Part shown: piece after piece, positions 24,286 through 33,969 of the stretch
Numbering within the stretch: the first letter of the stretch is position 1
Layout: every line of letters starts with the position of its first letter
IMG/VR virus record: IMGVR_UViG_3300037834_000035
Coordinates: 1 to 42,429 of that record
Length of the DNA: 42,429 nucleotides
Strand: one strand, 5' to 3'
Source of the DNA: a virus
Lineage: Duplodnaviria; Caudoviricetes
Translations under genes and position numbers: made by a program
Notes under the pieces: model-generated
Seen by the model: only the letters and a program-made list of their open reading frames with translations
Told to the model about the DNA's origin: nothing
The model's database searches: none

Positions 24286-24951
24286 ATGCTTCAGACGAAG
24301 AACAGCGGCGTTCCGCTGGACACGAAGGACGTCGACGACGCCGGAGTAATCGAAGGCTACGCCTCGATCTTCGGCAACGTCGACAGCTATGGCGAAATCG
24401 TCGAGCCGGGGGCGTTCGTGAAGTCGCTCGAGAAGAGCGCCAAGACCGGCCGCAAGATCAAGATGCTGTGGCAGCACGACCCGCACCAGCCGATCGGGGT
24501 GTGGGACGAGCTGGCCGAGGACAAGAAGGGCCTCAAGGTCCGGGGGCGTCTGCTGATCGACCAGAGCCCGAAGGCCCGCGAGGCCCACGGCCTGCTCCAG
24601 GCTGGCGCGCTCGACGGCCTATCCATCGGCTACCGGACGATCAAGGCGGGCCCGAAAGAGGGCAAGCAGGGCGTCATCTCGCTGTTCGAGCTCGACCTGC
24701 TGGAGAACAGCGTCGTGACCTTCGCTGCCAATGAGCGGGCGCGCGTCGAGGTCGTCAAATCCATTCTGGACGCCGGGCAACTCCCGACCGTCCGAGAGTT
24801 CGAGGGTCTCCTGCGGGATGCAGGATTCTCGAAAGCTAAGGCCGCCGCACTGGCGGCTTCGGCAACGCCGCATCTTCGGGGGGATCCCGAGGCGAAGGCG
24901 GACGATGCAGCCGAGATCATGCGGAAGCTGCGCGCTGCGCTGACCGGCTGA
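24286..24951 (+). CDS. HK97 prohead protease
   Basis: EGYASIFG, MLWQHD, GLSIGY, ENSVVTFAAN. Confidence 0.95.
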   Translation: MLQTKNSGVPLDTKDVDDAGVIEGYASIFGNVDSYGEIVEPGAFVKSLEKSAKTGRKIKMLWQHDPHQPIGVWDELAEDKKGLKVRGRLLIDQSPKAREAHGLLQAGALDGLSIGYRTIKAGPKEGKQGVISLFELDLLENSVVTFAANERARVEVVKSILDAGQLPTVREFEGLLRDAGFSKAKAAALAASATPHLRGDPEAKADDAAEIMRKLRAALTG

Positions 24952-24986
24952 TTTTCCCAACCACATCGCCAACAGGAGAATTCCCC

Positions 24987-26213
24987 ATGGCAGACGAAAA
25001 CAAGACCGTCGACCAACTGGTCGCCGAGGTGAAGTCGCTCGTCGAGACGCGCCACGACACCGTGAAGGGCATCGCCGAAGAGGCGCTCGGCAAGGCCAAG
25101 GCCGGTGAAGACCTCACCGCGTCGGCCAAGCAGATCGCCGACGAGGCCCTTACCGGCCTGAACGAGGCCAAGGAGCGCCTGAACGACCTCGAGCAGAAGA
25201 TGGTTCGCACCGTCGAGCAGGGTCTGACCGCCTCCAAGACCATCGGTCAGCAGTTCACCGAGAATGAGAGCGTCAAGACGTTCCTCGCCTCCGGCGGCAA
25301 GGGCCGCGTCAGCATGGAAGTCAAGGCGATCATCTCGTCCCTGACGACCGACGCCGACGGTTCGGCCGGGGACCTGATCGTCCCGCAACGCATCCCGGGC
25401 ATCGTCTCGCCGGCTCTGCGGCGCCTGTCGGTCCGCGACCTGCTGACCCCGGGCCGCACCAGCTCCAGCGCGATCCAGTACGTCAAGGAGTCGGGCTTCA
25501 CCAACTCGGCCGCGACGCACACCGAAACCGCCGGCACCGCCAAGCCGCAGTCCGAGATCAAGTTCGAGGTCGTCAACGGCGCCGTGACCACCATCGCCCA
25601 CTGGGTGCTGGCCACGCGTCAGATCCTCGACGACGTGCCGATGCTGCAGTCCTACATCGACGGACGCCTGCGCTACGGCCTGGCCTACGTCGAGGACAAC
25701 CAGCTGCTGAACGGCGGCGGCACCGGCACGGACCTGAACGGCATCTACACCCAGGCGACGGCCTCGACCGCCAACCTGGCTGTGGTCACCGCTCCGACCA
25801 AGCTGGACGTGATCCGCGCTGCCATGCTGCAGGCGGCGCTCGCCAACATCCCGCCCTCGGGCATCGTCCTGAACCCGACCGACTGGTTCGGCATCGAGAC
25901 GACGAAGGACACGGCTGGCGCCTACATCATCGGCAACCCGCAGGACGGCACCAACCCGCGCCTGTGGGGCCTGCCCGTGGTCGAGACCCCCGCGATGACC
26001 GTCGACAAGTTCCTGGTCGGCGCCTTCCGGGACGGTGCGCAGATCTTCGATCGCATGGATGCGACGGTCGAGATCAGCACCGAGGACAGCGACAACTTCC
26101 GCAAGAACCTCGTGACCATCCTGGCCGAGGAGCGGCTGGCGCTCGCCGTCTACAACACGCTCGCCTTCGTCAAGGGCGACTTCAGCGACCAGATCACCGA
26201 TCTGACTTCGTAA
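24987..26213 (+). CDS. HK97-fold major capsid protein
   Basis: N-terminal delta domain; AKPQSEI, QILDD, LLNGGG, RLWGLPVV, NLVTILAEERL. Confidence 0.96.
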   Translation: MADENKTVDQLVAEVKSLVETRHDTVKGIAEEALGKAKAGEDLTASAKQIADEALTGLNEAKERLNDLEQKMVRTVEQGLTASKTIGQQFTENESVKTFLASGGKGRVSMEVKAIISSLTTDADGSAGDLIVPQRIPGIVSPALRRLSVRDLLTPGRTSSSAIQYVKESGFTNSAATHTETAGTAKPQSEIKFEVVNGAVTTIAHWVLATRQILDDVPMLQSYIDGRLRYGLAYVEDNQLLNGGGTGTDLNGIYTQATASTANLAVVTAPTKLDVIRAAMLQAALANIPPSGIVLNPTDWFGIETTKDTAGAYIIGNPQDGTNPRLWGLPVVETPAMTVDKFLVGAFRDGAQIFDRMDATVEISTEDSDNFRKNLVTILAEERLALAVYNTLAFVKGDFSDQITDLTS

Positions 26214-26223
26214 TCCGAGGGAT

Positions 26224-26251
26224 GGCCCCGGCTTCGGCCGGGGCCTCTTTC
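26224..26251 (+). terminator. Intrinsic terminator after capsid gene
   Basis: GGCCCCGGC-TTCG-GCCGGGGCC followed by TCTTT. Confidence 0.8.
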
Positions 26252-26294
26252 CCTGAACGGCACCCGCCGGGGCCGGTCAGGCAAGGAGGCCACC

Positions 26295-26510
26295 ATGAAA
26301 CTCAAGGCAATCGACACCCTGCACGTCTCGTCGGTCGGACCGGACAACATCCCGCCCGAAGGCGAGTTCGAGGTCGCGGACGCCGTCGGCCAGAACCTGA
26401 TCGACCGCGGCCTTGCCGTGGCGGTGAAGGCGAAGTTGGCGCCGGCCGTCGAGAACAAGATGGAAGTCGCTCCGGCCAACAAGGCCGCCCCGAAGCGGAA
26501 GGCGAAGTAG
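26295..26510 (+). CDS. Small head-associated hypothetical protein
   Basis: AGGAGG RBS; GEFEV...LIDRGLA..V plus ENKM tail typical of post-capsid ORFs. Confidence 0.75.
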   Translation: MKLKAIDTLHVSSVGPDNIPPEGEFEVADAVGQNLIDRGLAVAVKAKLAPAVENKMEVAPANKAAPKRKAK

Positions 26511-26858
26511 ATGGCCCGTCAATCCGTCCGCTCCACTGTCGGCCGCCGTCAGGCCAGCCGCGCCGCCGATGCGGTCGCCAAGCTGCCCGCCAACTCGGTC
26601 GCGCCCGCCATCACCGGAACCCCGACCGAGGGCGAAACCTTGACCGTCTCGAACGGAACCTGGTCGAACACGCCCGACGCCTACGCCTACATCTGGCGTC
26701 GTGACGGCGTGGTGATCGCAGGCGCCGACGAGGCGACCTACGAGCTGACCGAGGACGACGTCGGCGCCGTCATCACCGCCACGGTCAAGGCGACCAATCT
26801 CGGCGTGTCGGCTGTGGCCACTTCGGCGGCCACCGACGAAATCGCCGCGGCCGAGTAA
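26511..26858 (+). CDS. Ig-like domain protein (possible decoration)
   Basis: PANSVAPAITG..GETLTVSNGTW...YAYIWRRDG..IAGA..TYELT..DVG..IT.TV.ATN. Confidence 0.75.
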   Translation: MARQSVRSTVGRRQASRAADAVAKLPANSVAPAITGTPTEGETLTVSNGTWSNTPDAYAYIWRRDGVVIAGADEATYELTEDDVGAVITATVKATNLGVSAVATSAATDEIAAAE

Positions 26859-26861
26859 GCC

Positions 26862-27419
26862 ATGAGCGTCGTTGTCGTCACCCCGCCGGTTCCGGACATC
26901 GATCTGGAGCTGGTAAAGTCGCATCTTCGCGTCGAGAGTGATGGCGACGACACGCTCATCGAGGCGTATGTCGCCGCCGCATGCTCCCACATCGACGGTC
27001 CGCAGGGATGGCTGGGGCGGGCGATCTGGACGCAGACGCTGGAGCTTCGTCAGAACGTGTTCTGCGGGCCGATCCCGCTGCCTTATGGGCCGGTCGAGTC
27101 CCTCACGTCGATCAAGTACGTCGACGCGGCCGGTGTCGAGCAGACGCTGGATTCCGCGGTCTACTCCCTCCTGCCGCCCGGTGTCGTGGGGCTGACCTAT
27201 GGCTCGGCCTGGCCGACCCTTCGTGGCGACGCGCAAGGGGTGCGCATCCGGTACGTGGCCGGTTCGGATGAAACCCCGCCCGCCATCCGCGCCGCGGTGC
27301 TGCTGATGGTCGGCGACCTCTACGCGAACCGGGAGACGGTCGGAGAGGTGACCGGGGCGGTGCAGATGAGCACCACGGTCGCCAACCTGCTGTCGCCGTT
27401 CCGTAACTGGCGCGTCTGA
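26862..27419 (+). CDS. Head-tail connector (gp6-like)
   Basis: LELVKSHLRV...DDTLIEAYVAAA, PPAIRAAVLLMVGDLYANRE. Confidence 0.9.
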   Translation: MSVVVVTPPVPDIDLELVKSHLRVESDGDDTLIEAYVAAACSHIDGPQGWLGRAIWTQTLELRQNVFCGPIPLPYGPVESLTSIKYVDAAGVEQTLDSAVYSLLPPGVVGLTYGSAWPTLRGDAQGVRIRYVAGSDETPPAIRAAVLLMVGDLYANRETVGEVTGAVQMSTTVANLLSPFRNWRV

Positions 27420-27427
27420 CAACGCCG

Positions 27428-28195
27428 ATGATCGGCCTGGTCTTGGGCGGTGCACGATGTGTCTGGTCCGACTTGGCCGCGGCCCGCGAGATCATCGGCG
27501 GCACGCCCCACTTCATCATCGCGGCCAACCACGTCGGCATCATCTACACCGGTAGTCTCGACGCATGGGCGACGCTGCACCATGAACTGATCGACGGTTG
27601 GCGCGAAGAGCGCGCCGCGGCCGGATTGAACACGGACTTTCGGACCTTCATCCACGCCCGCAAGCGCGGGGTCGACGCAGAGATCGTCCCGCAGGGCTGG
27701 TACGGATCGTCGGGGCTCTATGCCGCTCAGGTGGCGCTGGAGATCATGGGCGCCGCTGGAGTGATGCTGTGCGGCGTGCCGATGGACGCAGACGCTGGAC
27801 ACATCAACGGGGCCGAGACCTGGCCCTACGTCGACCGCTACCGGGCGGGCTTCGAAGCCGCGAAGGCCGACGGGGCGAACATCCGCTCGATGTCGGGCTG
27901 GTCCGCGGAACTGTTCGGGCGGCCGGACGGCGAATGGCTTGCTGACCTGGGTATCCCCCTGAACCTCTCCGATCTCGCCCGCCTGTTCGAACCGAAGGAG
28001 CCTGACATGCGCGTCAAGATGCTGCGGACCCGTAACTACACCCCGCCGTCCGACCGTCGTCAGACGACCAAGTTCCTCGCGGGGCAGGAGTACACGGTCA
28101 AGCGAGAGTGGGGTGACGAGATGGTCCGCGACGGCGACGCGGACGAGGTCAAAGCCCCCCGCAAGCCGGTCATAGCGGCCGAGGACGAAGCCTGA
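27428..28195 (+). CDS. Rossmann-type enzyme-like protein (Maf/MptE/GT-like) fused to a small structural-type domain
   Basis: LVLGGA...IAANH...GSSGLYAAQVAL..GA..VMLCGVPM; internal AAGGAG + ATG 28007 in frame. Confidence 0.55.
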   Translation: MIGLVLGGARCVWSDLAAAREIIGGTPHFIIAANHVGIIYTGSLDAWATLHHELIDGWREERAAAGLNTDFRTFIHARKRGVDAEIVPQGWYGSSGLYAAQVALEIMGAAGVMLCGVPMDADAGHINGAETWPYVDRYRAGFEAAKADGANIRSMSGWSAELFGRPDGEWLADLGIPLNLSDLARLFEPKEPDMRVKMLRTRNYTPPSDRRQTTKFLAGQEYTVKREWGDEMVRDGDADEVKAPRKPVIAAEDEA

Positions 28196-28548
28196 TGATC
28201 GGCGCGGGCGACTTGAACGCTCGACTGCGGTTCGATGCACGGGGCCTGGACGCCAACGGAGACCCGCTCGGCGATTTCGAGACGCGGTTCACCGTCTGGG
28301 CCAAGGTCGACTATCTGCGGGGGTCGGAGAGCGCCGTTTCGAACCGGCTCCAAGGATCCCAGCCGGTCATGATCGCCGTCCGGGATTCGGCTCAGGCCCG
28401 CACGATCACCGGAGGCTTCCGCGCTGAGGTCGTTTCCGGCCGGGGCGTGGTCGTCGGCCAGACCTTCAACCTGACCACGGATGCCGTCCCGGATCGGACG
28501 CCCGGCTTCCTGAACATCATGGCCGTGGCCGGGGGCGCGGCGGGCTGA
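28195..28548 (+). CDS. Head closure/head-tail adaptor
   Basis: AGDLNARLRF...TVWAKV...GSE; position. Confidence 0.85.
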   Translation: MIGAGDLNARLRFDARGLDANGDPLGDFETRFTVWAKVDYLRGSESAVSNRLQGSQPVMIAVRDSAQARTITGGFRAEVVSGRGVVVGQTFNLTTDAVPDRTPGFLNIMAVAGGAAG

Positions 28549-28931
28549 TGGCCGGCGCCAGCAAGTTCACCAACCGGGACCGCCTGCGAAGGAAAATGAA
28601 GGCGATCCCGCTGGAAGTGCGCAAGGCCCTGAAGACGCAGAATGCCCAGAACGCGGCCGATTTGGTCGACACGATGCGCGGCTTCGCGCCGGTTCAAGAT
28701 GGCGACCTTGTCTCGTCGATCAAACACCGGGACGTGTCCGGGTCGACCCGGATCAGCCAGCGGGTTTCGGCCGGGGCCGCGGATGCGCCCTATGCCTCAT
28801 GGGTCGAGTTCGGCACGACCAAGAGTGAGGCCAGCCCGTTCTTCTGGGTCGCCTATCGGCTGCTGCGCCGGCGGATGAAATCCCGGATGAGCCGCGCGGC
28901 GAAGAAGGCCATCGGAGAGGCGATCACATGA
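28548..28931 (+). CDS. HK97 gp10-like protein
   Basis: APVQDGDLVSSI, YASWVEFGT, PFFW. Confidence 0.88.
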   Translation: MAGASKFTNRDRLRRKMKAIPLEVRKALKTQNAQNAADLVDTMRGFAPVQDGDLVSSIKHRDVSGSTRISQRVSAGAADAPYASWVEFGTTKSEASPFFWVAYRLLRRRMKSRMSRAAKKAIGEAIT

Positions 28932-29356
28932 GCGATCCCTCCGTCGAGATCCAGAACGCCGTCGAGGCGGCGCTAAGGGCATCAGCCGCTGTGAAGTCCG
29001 CCATGGGGCTGGCCACGGTCCGGCTCTACACCCTGAGCGCCCCCGTCAACGCTCCCTTCCCGCATCTGATCATCGGAGAAGACCAGATCGTAGGCGACGA
29101 CAGCGATTGCGGTCAGGCCTCCGACGTCGCGGTGACGATCCACGTCTATTCACGGACCGACACGCCCGCGGCGACCAGACTGCAGGCCAAGGCCATCGCC
29201 GCCGCCGTCCGCCAGGTCCTGACCGCCGAACTGACGGTGACGGGCCACCGGGTGATCGACTGGCAGTTCGAAACGACACGGCACCTGAAGGATCCGGACG
29301 GCCTCACCGCCCACAGCGTCGTCACGCTGGAATATCACACCGCGCCTTCCGCCTAG
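28928..29356 (+). CDS. Tail terminator (DUF3168-like)
   Basis: IQNAV..AL, APFPHLIIG, TIHVYS, DPDGLTAHSV. Confidence 0.85.
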   Translation: MSDPSVEIQNAVEAALRASAAVKSAMGLATVRLYTLSAPVNAPFPHLIIGEDQIVGDDSDCGQASDVAVTIHVYSRTDTPAATRLQAKAIAAAVRQVLTAELTVTGHRVIDWQFETTRHLKDPDGLTAHSVVTLEYHTAPSA

Positions 29357-29418
29357 GCGGACCCGCAAACCCCTCTACCCCCGCCGCCTAGCGGCTCTCT
29401 GACTGAAAGGAGGCCACG

Positions 29419-29886
29419 ATGGCCGCTGTCAACACCACTCGCTGGTCCAACCTGATCCTGAAGGTCGGGGACGGTGCCAGTCCCGAAGTCTTCACCGCGC
29501 TCTGCTCGATCAACGCCTCGCGCGGCCTGAGCTTCAACACCAACCTGACCGAAGAGGCGATCCCGGACTGCTCCGATCTGGAAGCCGTCATGTGGATGAT
29601 CCGCGAGAAGGTCAGCGTCGGGGTCGAAGTGACCGGCGGCGGCAAGGTCGACAAGGCCAACGTCAAGACCTTCGCCGACTGGGTCGTCTCCAAGGACGTC
29701 AAGCGCTGTCAGATCGTGCTGCACGACGCTGTCGCGGCCAACGTCATCACGTTCGAAGGCGACTTCCACCTGGAGACCTTCAGCATGACCGGCGACCCGG
29801 GCTCCCCGACGGTCTCGGGCGAGATCGCGCTGAAGTCCTCGGGCGAGGTCGAAGGCACCTACGGCGCGAACGTCGGCGGTTCCTGA
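29419..29886 (+). CDS. Major tail tube protein
   Basis: LKVGDGASPEVFTALC...FEGDF...LKSSGEV; AGGAGG RBS. Confidence 0.88.
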   Translation: MAAVNTTRWSNLILKVGDGASPEVFTALCSINASRGLSFNTNLTEEAIPDCSDLEAVMWMIREKVSVGVEVTGGGKVDKANVKTFADWVVSKDVKRCQIVLHDAVAANVITFEGDFHLETFSMTGDPGSPTVSGEIALKSSGEVEGTYGANVGGS

Positions 29887-29888
29887 AC

Positions 29889-30302
29889 ATGAGCCTGAAG
29901 ACCGAGGTTCGCCTCGACTTCGCGGGGGAGAGGCGGACTTTCAACCTCTCCCCCATCGGCTGCCTGAGGCGCCTTCAGGAGGCCTGTGACGCGGGCCCCC
30001 AGTTCATCCTCAACCGCTTGCTGGACGGGTCGTGGCGCGACCACGATCTGCGAGAGCCCATCGTTCAAGGGCTCGTCGGCGGCGGGATGCCCCAGCGCGA
30101 CGCCCAGGGCTTGATCGAAAAATGGATCGACCCGGAGCCCAAGGCGCAGTTCCTGCCCGTGGCCCAAGCGGTCCTTCTGGCCTGGCTCTACGGGGCCGAG
30201 GACGAAGATTTGGAAAAGCCCAAGGGGGAGACGGAAACGAGCAGCCCCTCCCCCGAGGAAAGCTCAGCTTCGCCCTCATCTACGGCACCGGCGCAGTCCT
30301 AG
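29889..30302 (+). CDS. Tail assembly chaperone (G-like)
   Basis: ATG 29889; GTA gp10-like; between tube and tape measure. Confidence 0.82.
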   Translation: MSLKTEVRLDFAGERRTFNLSPIGCLRRLQEACDAGPQFILNRLLDGSWRDHDLREPIVQGLVGGGMPQRDAQGLIEKWIDPEPKAQFLPVAQAVLLAWLYGAEDEDLEKPKGETETSSPSPEESSASPSSTAPAQS

Positions 30303-30448
30303 GCTTCACGCCTCGTGACGTTGACGCGATGACGCTTTGGGAGTTCGCGGCCAGCGTCCACGGCTGGTCCAAGGCCAACGGCGCGTCTTCCGGCCCACCG
30401 CCTCCGACCGATGCCGAGCACGCCGCGCTCATGGCGCTCTACTCCTGA
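30212..30448 (+). CDS. -1 frameshift extension (GT-like chaperone)
   Basis: Slippery G GAA AAG at 30212-30218; -1 frame reads GAVLGFTPRDVDAMTLWEF to stop 30448. Confidence 0.75.
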   Translation, partial: GKAQGGDGNEQPLPRGKLSFALIYGTGAVLGFTPRDVDAMTLWEFAASVHGWSKANGASSGPPPPTDAEHAALMALYS

Positions 30449-30463
30449 ACTTTGAGGTGATGC

Positions 30464-33376
30464 ATGGCGCGTGACGTCGAAAGCCTCGTCCTGCAAATGA
30501 CGGCGGACCTCCGGCGCTTCGACAAGTCCATGGCGGCCATGAAGGCCACGGCGGACAAGCGTCTGAACGAGGTTGAGCGCCGGGCTCTCCAGTCCGACCG
30601 CAACCTCAGCCGGATCATGGGGCGAGCTGGCCAGAACATCACCGCCAGTTTCCGGGATAGCCTTCGAGGGCTCGCCCCTTCGCTGGCGGCGGCCTTCAGC
30701 GCGGGCGCCGTGATCAAATACGCCGACGCATACACTGGCCTGAAGAACAGCCTCGCCGCCGCCGGCCTGGAAGGGGCGCGCCTGACCGCGGTCGAGAACG
30801 GCCTGTACGATGCGGCGAACCGAAATGGCGTTGCCGTCGCCGCGACCGCTCAGCTGTTCCAGCGCGCGTCCCTCGCGCGCGACCGCCTGCGCGCCAGCGA
30901 CGAACAGCTTCTGCAATTGGTCTCCGGAACGACGGCGGCCCTGAAACTGCAGGGAACATCGGCCGAGGCGGCCAGCGGGCCGCTGCTACAACTCGGCCAA
31001 GCAATCAGCGGCAACGTGGTGCAGGCCGAGGAATACAATTCTCTGATCGACGGTCTTCCGGTCCTCTTGCAGGCCGCTGCTGCCGGCTCGACTCGCTTCG
31101 GCGGGGACGTCGCGAAGCTCACCGAACAAGTGAAGGCCGGGAAGGTCTCGTCCAAAGAGTTCTTCGACGCGATCTTGGCAGGCTTGCCCGCGATCGAGGA
31201 ACGGGCATCCAAGGCACAGACCACGGTGTCCGCCGCTCTGCAGACCCTGAACAATGAGCTCGGCCGTTTCGTGGGGCAGACTGATCAGGGGCTGTCGGCA
31301 ACCCAGCGGATGGCGCAGGGGATCGTGTTCCTCTCAGAGAACCTTGATGTGCTGGTCACCGCGTCGGGAGTCGCGGTTACGATCGTAGGCGGCCGTTTCG
31401 TGGTAGCGCAGGTCGCGGCAACGGCGGCAACGGTCGCGCACACTCGCGCCCAGATCGCGCTGCTGGCAGCTATCGCCGGAACTTCCCAGGGCGCTCTCGT
31501 CGGAACGGTTGCGCTCCGCGGGCTCGGAGCAGCCGCTCTGTTCTTCGTGACCAACCCCATCGGGATCGCCATTACGGCGGTGGCCGCCGCGCTGGCCCTG
31601 CTCGCCCTTCGGGGCCAAGAGGGCTCCGCTGCGATGCGACAGGTTGATGCTTCCGCCGCGGAAGCATCAACCGCGCTGGACGAGTACGAGCGCGCCATGA
31701 TGGATGCGTCGGCCGCCGCCGGAGAAGCCCGCACCACCGCGCTGGCCAACGCCGCCGCCATGCGGCAGGCCGCTGTCGACGCGATCGCTGAAGCCAAAGC
31801 CAACTATGAGCTCGCTCGCTCCCGCCGGGTGGCCGCCGCGGCCGCAGACAGGGAAGCCGCTGCCAGATCCTTCCGGTCTGTGGACGGTGGCAAGGGCGCG
31901 GCCGACGCATCCACCGCCGCCTCTGCTGCAGCCCGATCTCGGTACGCCCGGGCGGTCGAAGAAGAGAAGGCTGCAGAGGAAGCCTACAAGGGTGCCGAGA
32001 CGCGCCTGGGGCGGATCGAGGCGGGTGCGGGCCGCGCCGCGCCGGTTGGTGCGGCGGCAGCCCCCAGCCGGCGAAGCGCCGGGCAAGCCGACGACGCCGC
32101 CCGCCAGCAATCTCGCCGCGACGAGCTCGACCTCGAGCGCCAGATTGCCGCCGCCCGCGCCAAGGGCGACGAGTCTGCCGTCAAGGCGCTGGAAGAGCGC
32201 CGGCGGCTGGCCCAGCTGGTTGCCAGCTATGAGGACGCCGGGTTCGCAGACGCCCGGGGCAAGGCCTTGGAGCACCTGTCGTATGAGACTGAGGCTGTCG
32301 CCTTGGCTGAACGTCGGGAGATCGCTGAACGGGTGATCTCAGCCTTGGCGGACGGCACGGCCGAAGCCGCTCAGGCCCTCGCTATCGCTCAGGAGCGCGC
32401 CTCCGACGCCGCGCTGGACCGGCTGGCGCTGGAAGTTCAGATCGCTCGCCTCTCCGGGGACGTGACCCTGCCCGCTTTGGAGCGCGAGCTCTACATTCAG
32501 GAGCGGATCGCCGACCTTCAGCGTCAGAACCCGAACCTGTCGGGCGGCGCGGCGCGTGGGCAGGCCGAGGGCGAGGCGGACGCGCTGAGGGCTGCGAACA
32601 TCATAGGCGGGCTGGGCAGCGCCGACCCTGACGGGGATGCCGTGGCGGCCCGTCAGGCAGCATACGAAGAGATCGAGCGGCTGAGGCAGGCGGACCGGCT
32701 GAGCGACCAGCAGGCGGCCCAGGCCCGCGCCCAGGCGGACGCCGACTATTGGGAGCGCCGCACCGAACACGCCCGGTCTGGTCTGGACGCGCTGGCCGGG
32801 CTGCAGAACAGTTCGAACAAGCGCCTCGCACAGATCGGGAAGGCAGCGGCCGTCGCCCAGGCCACGATCGACGGCGTGCTGGCAATCCAGAAAGCCTGGG
32901 CCTCGGCACCCTACCCGTTCAACCTTCCGGCCGTTGCCATCACCACGGCATCGACCGCGGCGAACATCGCCACCATCGCAGGGATGAAGGACGGCGGTCT
33001 GGTCACCGGGCCCGGCGGACCGCGCGACGACAAGGTCCTTCGCCGCCTCTCGGCCGGGGAGTTCGTCGTCAACGCACGATCGACCCGAGAGAACCGGGCA
33101 CTGCTGGAGGCGGTCAACAACGGCCAGGTTCCGCGCATGGCCGGCGGCGGGATGGTCGGGCGCGTGAACGCAGCAGCGGCGCGGGTACCAGACCTCGCGG
33201 CGAGCCGGACGTCCAACCAGACCTTCTCTTCGACGATCGACGCCCGCGGCGCTGACCTTGGGGTTGAACGCCGAATCCGCGCTGCTCTCGCCGAGCGGGA
33301 CGCGGCACTCGCGGGCCAGGTTCGCGGGGTCATGGCCCGGACCGAGAAGTACGCCCTCGGGAGGCGTCGGAAGTGA
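30464..33376 (+). CDS. Tape measure protein
   Basis: 970 aa Ala-rich; tape-measure N domain (LLQLGQAISG..QAEEYNSL); C-terminal GGLVTGPGGPRDD..LSAGEFVVNA. Confidence 0.95.
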   Translation: MARDVESLVLQMTADLRRFDKSMAAMKATADKRLNEVERRALQSDRNLSRIMGRAGQNITASFRDSLRGLAPSLAAAFSAGAVIKYADAYTGLKNSLAAAGLEGARLTAVENGLYDAANRNGVAVAATAQLFQRASLARDRLRASDEQLLQLVSGTTAALKLQGTSAEAASGPLLQLGQAISGNVVQAEEYNSLIDGLPVLLQAAAAGSTRFGGDVAKLTEQVKAGKVSSKEFFDAILAGLPAIEERASKAQTTVSAALQTLNNELGRFVGQTDQGLSATQRMAQGIVFLSENLDVLVTASGVAVTIVGGRFVVAQVAATAATVAHTRAQIALLAAIAGTSQGALVGTVALRGLGAAALFFVTNPIGIAITAVAAALALLALRGQEGSAAMRQVDASAAEASTALDEYERAMMDASAAAGEARTTALANAAAMRQAAVDAIAEAKANYELARSRRVAAAAADREAAARSFRSVDGGKGAADASTAASAAARSRYARAVEEEKAAEEAYKGAETRLGRIEAGAGRAAPVGAAAAPSRRSAGQADDAARQQSRRDELDLERQIAAARAKGDESAVKALEERRRLAQLVASYEDAGFADARGKALEHLSYETEAVALAERREIAERVISALADGTAEAAQALAIAQERASDAALDRLALEVQIARLSGDVTLPALERELYIQERIADLQRQNPNLSGGAARGQAEGEADALRAANIIGGLGSADPDGDAVAARQAAYEEIERLRQADRLSDQQAAQARAQADADYWERRTEHARSGLDALAGLQNSSNKRLAQIGKAAAVAQATIDGVLAIQKAWASAPYPFNLPAVAITTASTAANIATIAGMKDGGLVTGPGGPRDDKVLRRLSAGEFVVNARSTRENRALLEAVNNGQVPRMAGGGMVGRVNAAAARVPDLAASRTSNQTFSSTIDARGADLGVERRIRAALAERDAALAGQVRGVMARTEKYALGRRRK

Positions 33377-33969
33377 CGATCATCCTGCCGCGGCTGCACC
33401 GCGCGACCGACTATGCCCTGCGCCCCGTGTTCGGGAAGCGCCCGGCCCGGTCGGCTCTGGGATCGACCCGCCAGCCGAACGAGCGCGGCGGCGACCACTG
33501 GGCCATGGAGATCGCCGCCGGGGCGCTGAGTCCGCTGTGCGCGCGCGAGCTGGTGGCGGACATCGTGCGCGGGGGCGGTGAGCCGCTGCGGGCCTATGTC
33601 CCGATGGCGGGGATCGACGTCGGGGCCATCGGCACGCCCGTGGTGGACGGGGCCGATCAGGTCGGGGCCAGCCTGGCGACGAAGGGCTGGCAGCCGCAGA
33701 CCGCGATCCGCAAGGGCTGGATGTTCAACCTGCTGTTCGAGGACGCGACGCCGTCGCTGCATCTGGTGACGGCCGAGGTCGTGGCGGACGCCGCCAGCGA
33801 GGCGACGATCAGTTTCTGGCCGCCGATGCGCGACATCCCGGGCGACGAGCTGGCCATGGAATGGGCCGAGCCGTTCATCGAAGGTTCGGTCGACGAGGGC
33901 GGTGACCAGGAGATGGGCCTGCTGAAGGCCATCCAGGTGGGCAACTTCGTCATCGAGGAAGACGACTGA
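33373..33969 (+). CDS. Distal tail protein-like
   Basis: Directly after TMP; ERGGDHW, PVVDGADQ, ISFWPPMR. Confidence 0.7.
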   Translation: MTIILPRLHRATDYALRPVFGKRPARSALGSTRQPNERGGDHWAMEIAAGALSPLCARELVADIVRGGGEPLRAYVPMAGIDVGAIGTPVVDGADQVGASLATKGWQPQTAIRKGWMFNLLFEDATPSLHLVTAEVVADAASEATISFWPPMRDIPGDELAMEWAEPFIEGSVDEGGDQEMGLLKAIQVGNFVIEEDD

